64,000 nucleotides of DNA from the human T2T-CHM13v2.0 reference genome, Homo sapiens, in assembly GCF_009914755.1 (NCBI RefSeq), contig NC_060938.1, one strand, 5' to 3'. The first letter of the stretch is position 1, and each line of letters starts with the position of its first letter. Below are positions 60,304-64,000 of the stretch, piece after piece. Both the position numbers and the translations under genes were made by a program. The notes under the pieces were generated by a model. The model was not told the DNA's origin and ran no database searches. It worked only from the letters and a program-made list of their open reading frames with translations.

Positions 60304-62497
60304 CTATGTCTTATGCTTTATATGTAATATATAACCTCATATATATTATATGTCATAATATATAATATATATCCTATGTCATATTATATATATTGTATAT
60401 ATTACATAACATATATAATATGTAAAACATATTATACAACTTATACATGAAAATATATAATTATACGTAACATAACATATAGTGATATATACTATGATAT
60501 ATAACATATATAGTATATCATATATGATATATAATATATACATTCTTACTACATATTATAATTTATATATATTATAATGAATATAAGGATATAATTATTT
60601 ATATAATATAAATAATTATATATGATTATATAATTATATATAATATAAATAATAATATATATAATTACATGTTTATATAGTTATATGTATAATAATATAA
60701 TTATATATATAATTATATATATCATATAACAGACAGCACACATATTATATGATATATGATATATATTATACAATATAGGATACATAATATATATGATAGT
60801 TTATATATCATAATATAATATATATTTAATATTATGTATGTAACATATATTATGTGATATATAATATATATTATGAAATATAAAATAATGTAATATAATA
60901 TATATTATATCATTATATATTATTTAAAGTATGTAATAAAAGTATATATAAGATAATATATAGTTATATACATTATATTATACATGTACATATAATATTA
61001 TACAGTTATATATAATTTTAGTTATATATAATTATAATATAAAACGTACATATCATATATCATAAAATATATATTGTATACTATATATATTATGTATCAT
61101 ATATTGTATGTTATATAGCATATATTGTATATCATATATCATACATTCTATGTTATATATAACACATTCCACATATTGTATATTATAAATTATATATAAT
61201 ATACGACATACATTATATGTGATAAATTATACATTATACGCAACATAGTATATATTATATGTAACATGTATATTCCATGTAAATTATATAATATATAACC
61301 TATATTACATATAATTAATAACATAGACATATTATATATTTAATATAGGTATTATACATACAATGTGTTATATATAATATATAACATATATCATATATAT
61401 GTCATAAAATAGAATATATATTATATATCATATTTTATATATACAATTATGTATTATTATATGTTATTTCATAGTATATATAACAGATATAATATATATA
61501 TTATCTGTAATGTATATAATATATAACATAGATATAATATATATAATATATATAATGAATATTATATATTTAATACGTATATTAACCATATACTATATTC
61601 TATATATAATATATATTATATATGTCATAAAATATAATATATATTATATGTCATACTGTATACATATAATATATAATATCAATTATTATATTACATATAT
61701 GTAGTATAAGATGCAGGATGTAAAACAATATTATATATATGTTATATATATTATATATATGATACTATATATTATTATATACATAATGTATATATATATA
61801 TATTTGTGTGTGTCCTGTTTCCCATCTCATAACTTGTTTTAAGAAGCACAGCATAATAATGTGTGGGCTTGGGATTCAGTTTTTGAAACGAAACACTAAG
61901 CCTTCAATGACCTTTCGGTCTATGTAAACGCACTCCTGTCTTCCTGGCCGCAGTTGGACCTCACAATGTGGATTGTACCCTCACCCTGCAATTTTTATGC
62001 CCTATCGCCATGGTGACGGGATTAGGGATCTCCTGCTCTTGGTCCTAAGGGCCACTGTCTGTGCTGTGTTTTTCAAAGGTCAGAACAGAGTGAACCTTTG
62101 TGGTTTTATTTTCCCTGAGTTTGATTTTTCTCATGGGGAACCTGTGTTGCTGCTTTGAAGGTGTATTCGTACTGGCCTTTCAAATGCCAACTTTTCAAAT
62201 TACTAGTTAATGCTTTCAAAACATGTTATTTAAAAAATTATCCTGTGTATTTTCCATATGCAGTTATAAATATGTTTCATGGTTATGTTTTATTCCTCAG
62301 TTTATATATTTGATTATTGTACCAAGCAGAGTACCTTTGAAATTTTTTTTCATTTAAAAAATATGTATCTTGGCTCAGGCCTGTAATCCCAGCAAATTTG
62401 GAGGCCAAGGCAAGGGGATCACAAGGCGAAGAGATCAAGACCATCCTGGCCAACACAGTGAAAGGCTGTCACTACTAAAAATCCAAAAAATTAGCTA

Positions 62498-62662
<165 letters not shown>

Positions 62663-64000
62663 TTATATATGATATATATTATATGCTATGTCTTATGCTT
62701 TATATGTAATATATAACCTCATATATATTATATGTCATAATATATAATATATATCCTATGTCATATTATATATATTGTATATATTACATAACATATATAA
62801 TATGTAAAACATATTATACAACTTATACATGAAAATATATAATTTTACGTAACATGACATATAGTGATATATACTATGATATATAACATATATAGTATAT
62901 CATATATGATATATAATATATACATTCTTACTACATATTATAATTTATATATATTATAATGAATATAAGGATATAATTATTTATATAATATAAATAATTA
63001 TATAGGATTATATAATTATATATAATATAAATAATAATATATATAATTACATGTTTATATAGTTATATGTATAATAATATAATTATATATATAATTATAT
63101 ATATCATATAACACACAGCACACATATTATATGATATATGATATATATTATACAATATAGGATACACAATATATATGATAGTTAATATATCATAATACAA
63201 TGTATATTTAATATTATGTATGTAACATATATTATGTGATATATAATATATATTATGAAATATAAAATAATGTAATATAATATATATTATATCATGATAT
63301 ATTATTTAAAGTATGTAATAAAAGTATATATAAGATAATATATAGTTATATACATTATATTATACATGTACATATAATATCATACAGTTATATATAATTT
63401 TAGTTATATATAATTATAATATAAAACGTACATAATATATATCATAAAATATATATTGTATACAGTATATATTATGTATCATATATTGTATGTTATATAG
63501 CATATATTGTATATCATATATCATACATTCTATGTTATATATAACACATTCCACATATTGTATATTATAAATTATATATAATATACGACATACATTATAT
63601 GTGATAAATTATACATTATACGCAACATAGTATATATTATATGTAACATGTATATTCCATGTAAATTATATAATATATAACCTATATTACATATAATTAA
63701 TAACATAGACATATAATATATATTTAATATAGGTATTATACATACAATGTGTTATATATAATATATAACATATATCATATATATGTCATAAAATAGAATA
63801 TATATTATATGTCATATTTTATATATACAATTATGTATTATTATATGTTATTTCATAGTATATATAACATAGATATAATATATATATTATCTGTAATGTA
63901 TATAATATATAACATAGATATAATATATATAATATATATAATGAATATTATATATTTAATACGTATATTAACCATATACTATATTCTATATATAATATAT

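Overview
Primate (very probably human) non-coding genomic DNA spanning the edge of a large satellite array; no credible protein-coding gene, RNA gene or CRISPR array. Bases 1-20,530 are a repeat-dense flank with about 20 Alu copies or fragments (several multiplied by local tandem and inverted duplication), a 26-bp and a 45-bp minisatellite, a 2.8-kb GATA-derived repeat with its own ~290-bp periodicity, an L2 relic and a 5'-truncated L1MA-type element. From ~20,533 to the window end is a head-to-tail array of ~2.4-kb composite units (~570-bp HSATI-type core, ~290-bp decayed 5'-clipped Alu, ~1.55-kb AT-rich tract), with 18 cores visible. This matches the known HSat1B/DYZ2 satellite of Yq12 and the acrocentric short arms; the chromosome cannot be decided from sequence alone. 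The recurring 61-aa and 68-aa ORFs are by-products of the repeat unit. I found no supportable new gene system. The most interesting signals concern array evolution: a sharp junction with divergent edge units, a subtype switch inside one unit at ~56.1 kb, shared variants at an 8-unit (~19.2 kb) offset, reciprocal gain and loss of a 45-bp block, and non-consensus variants shared among flanking Alus.
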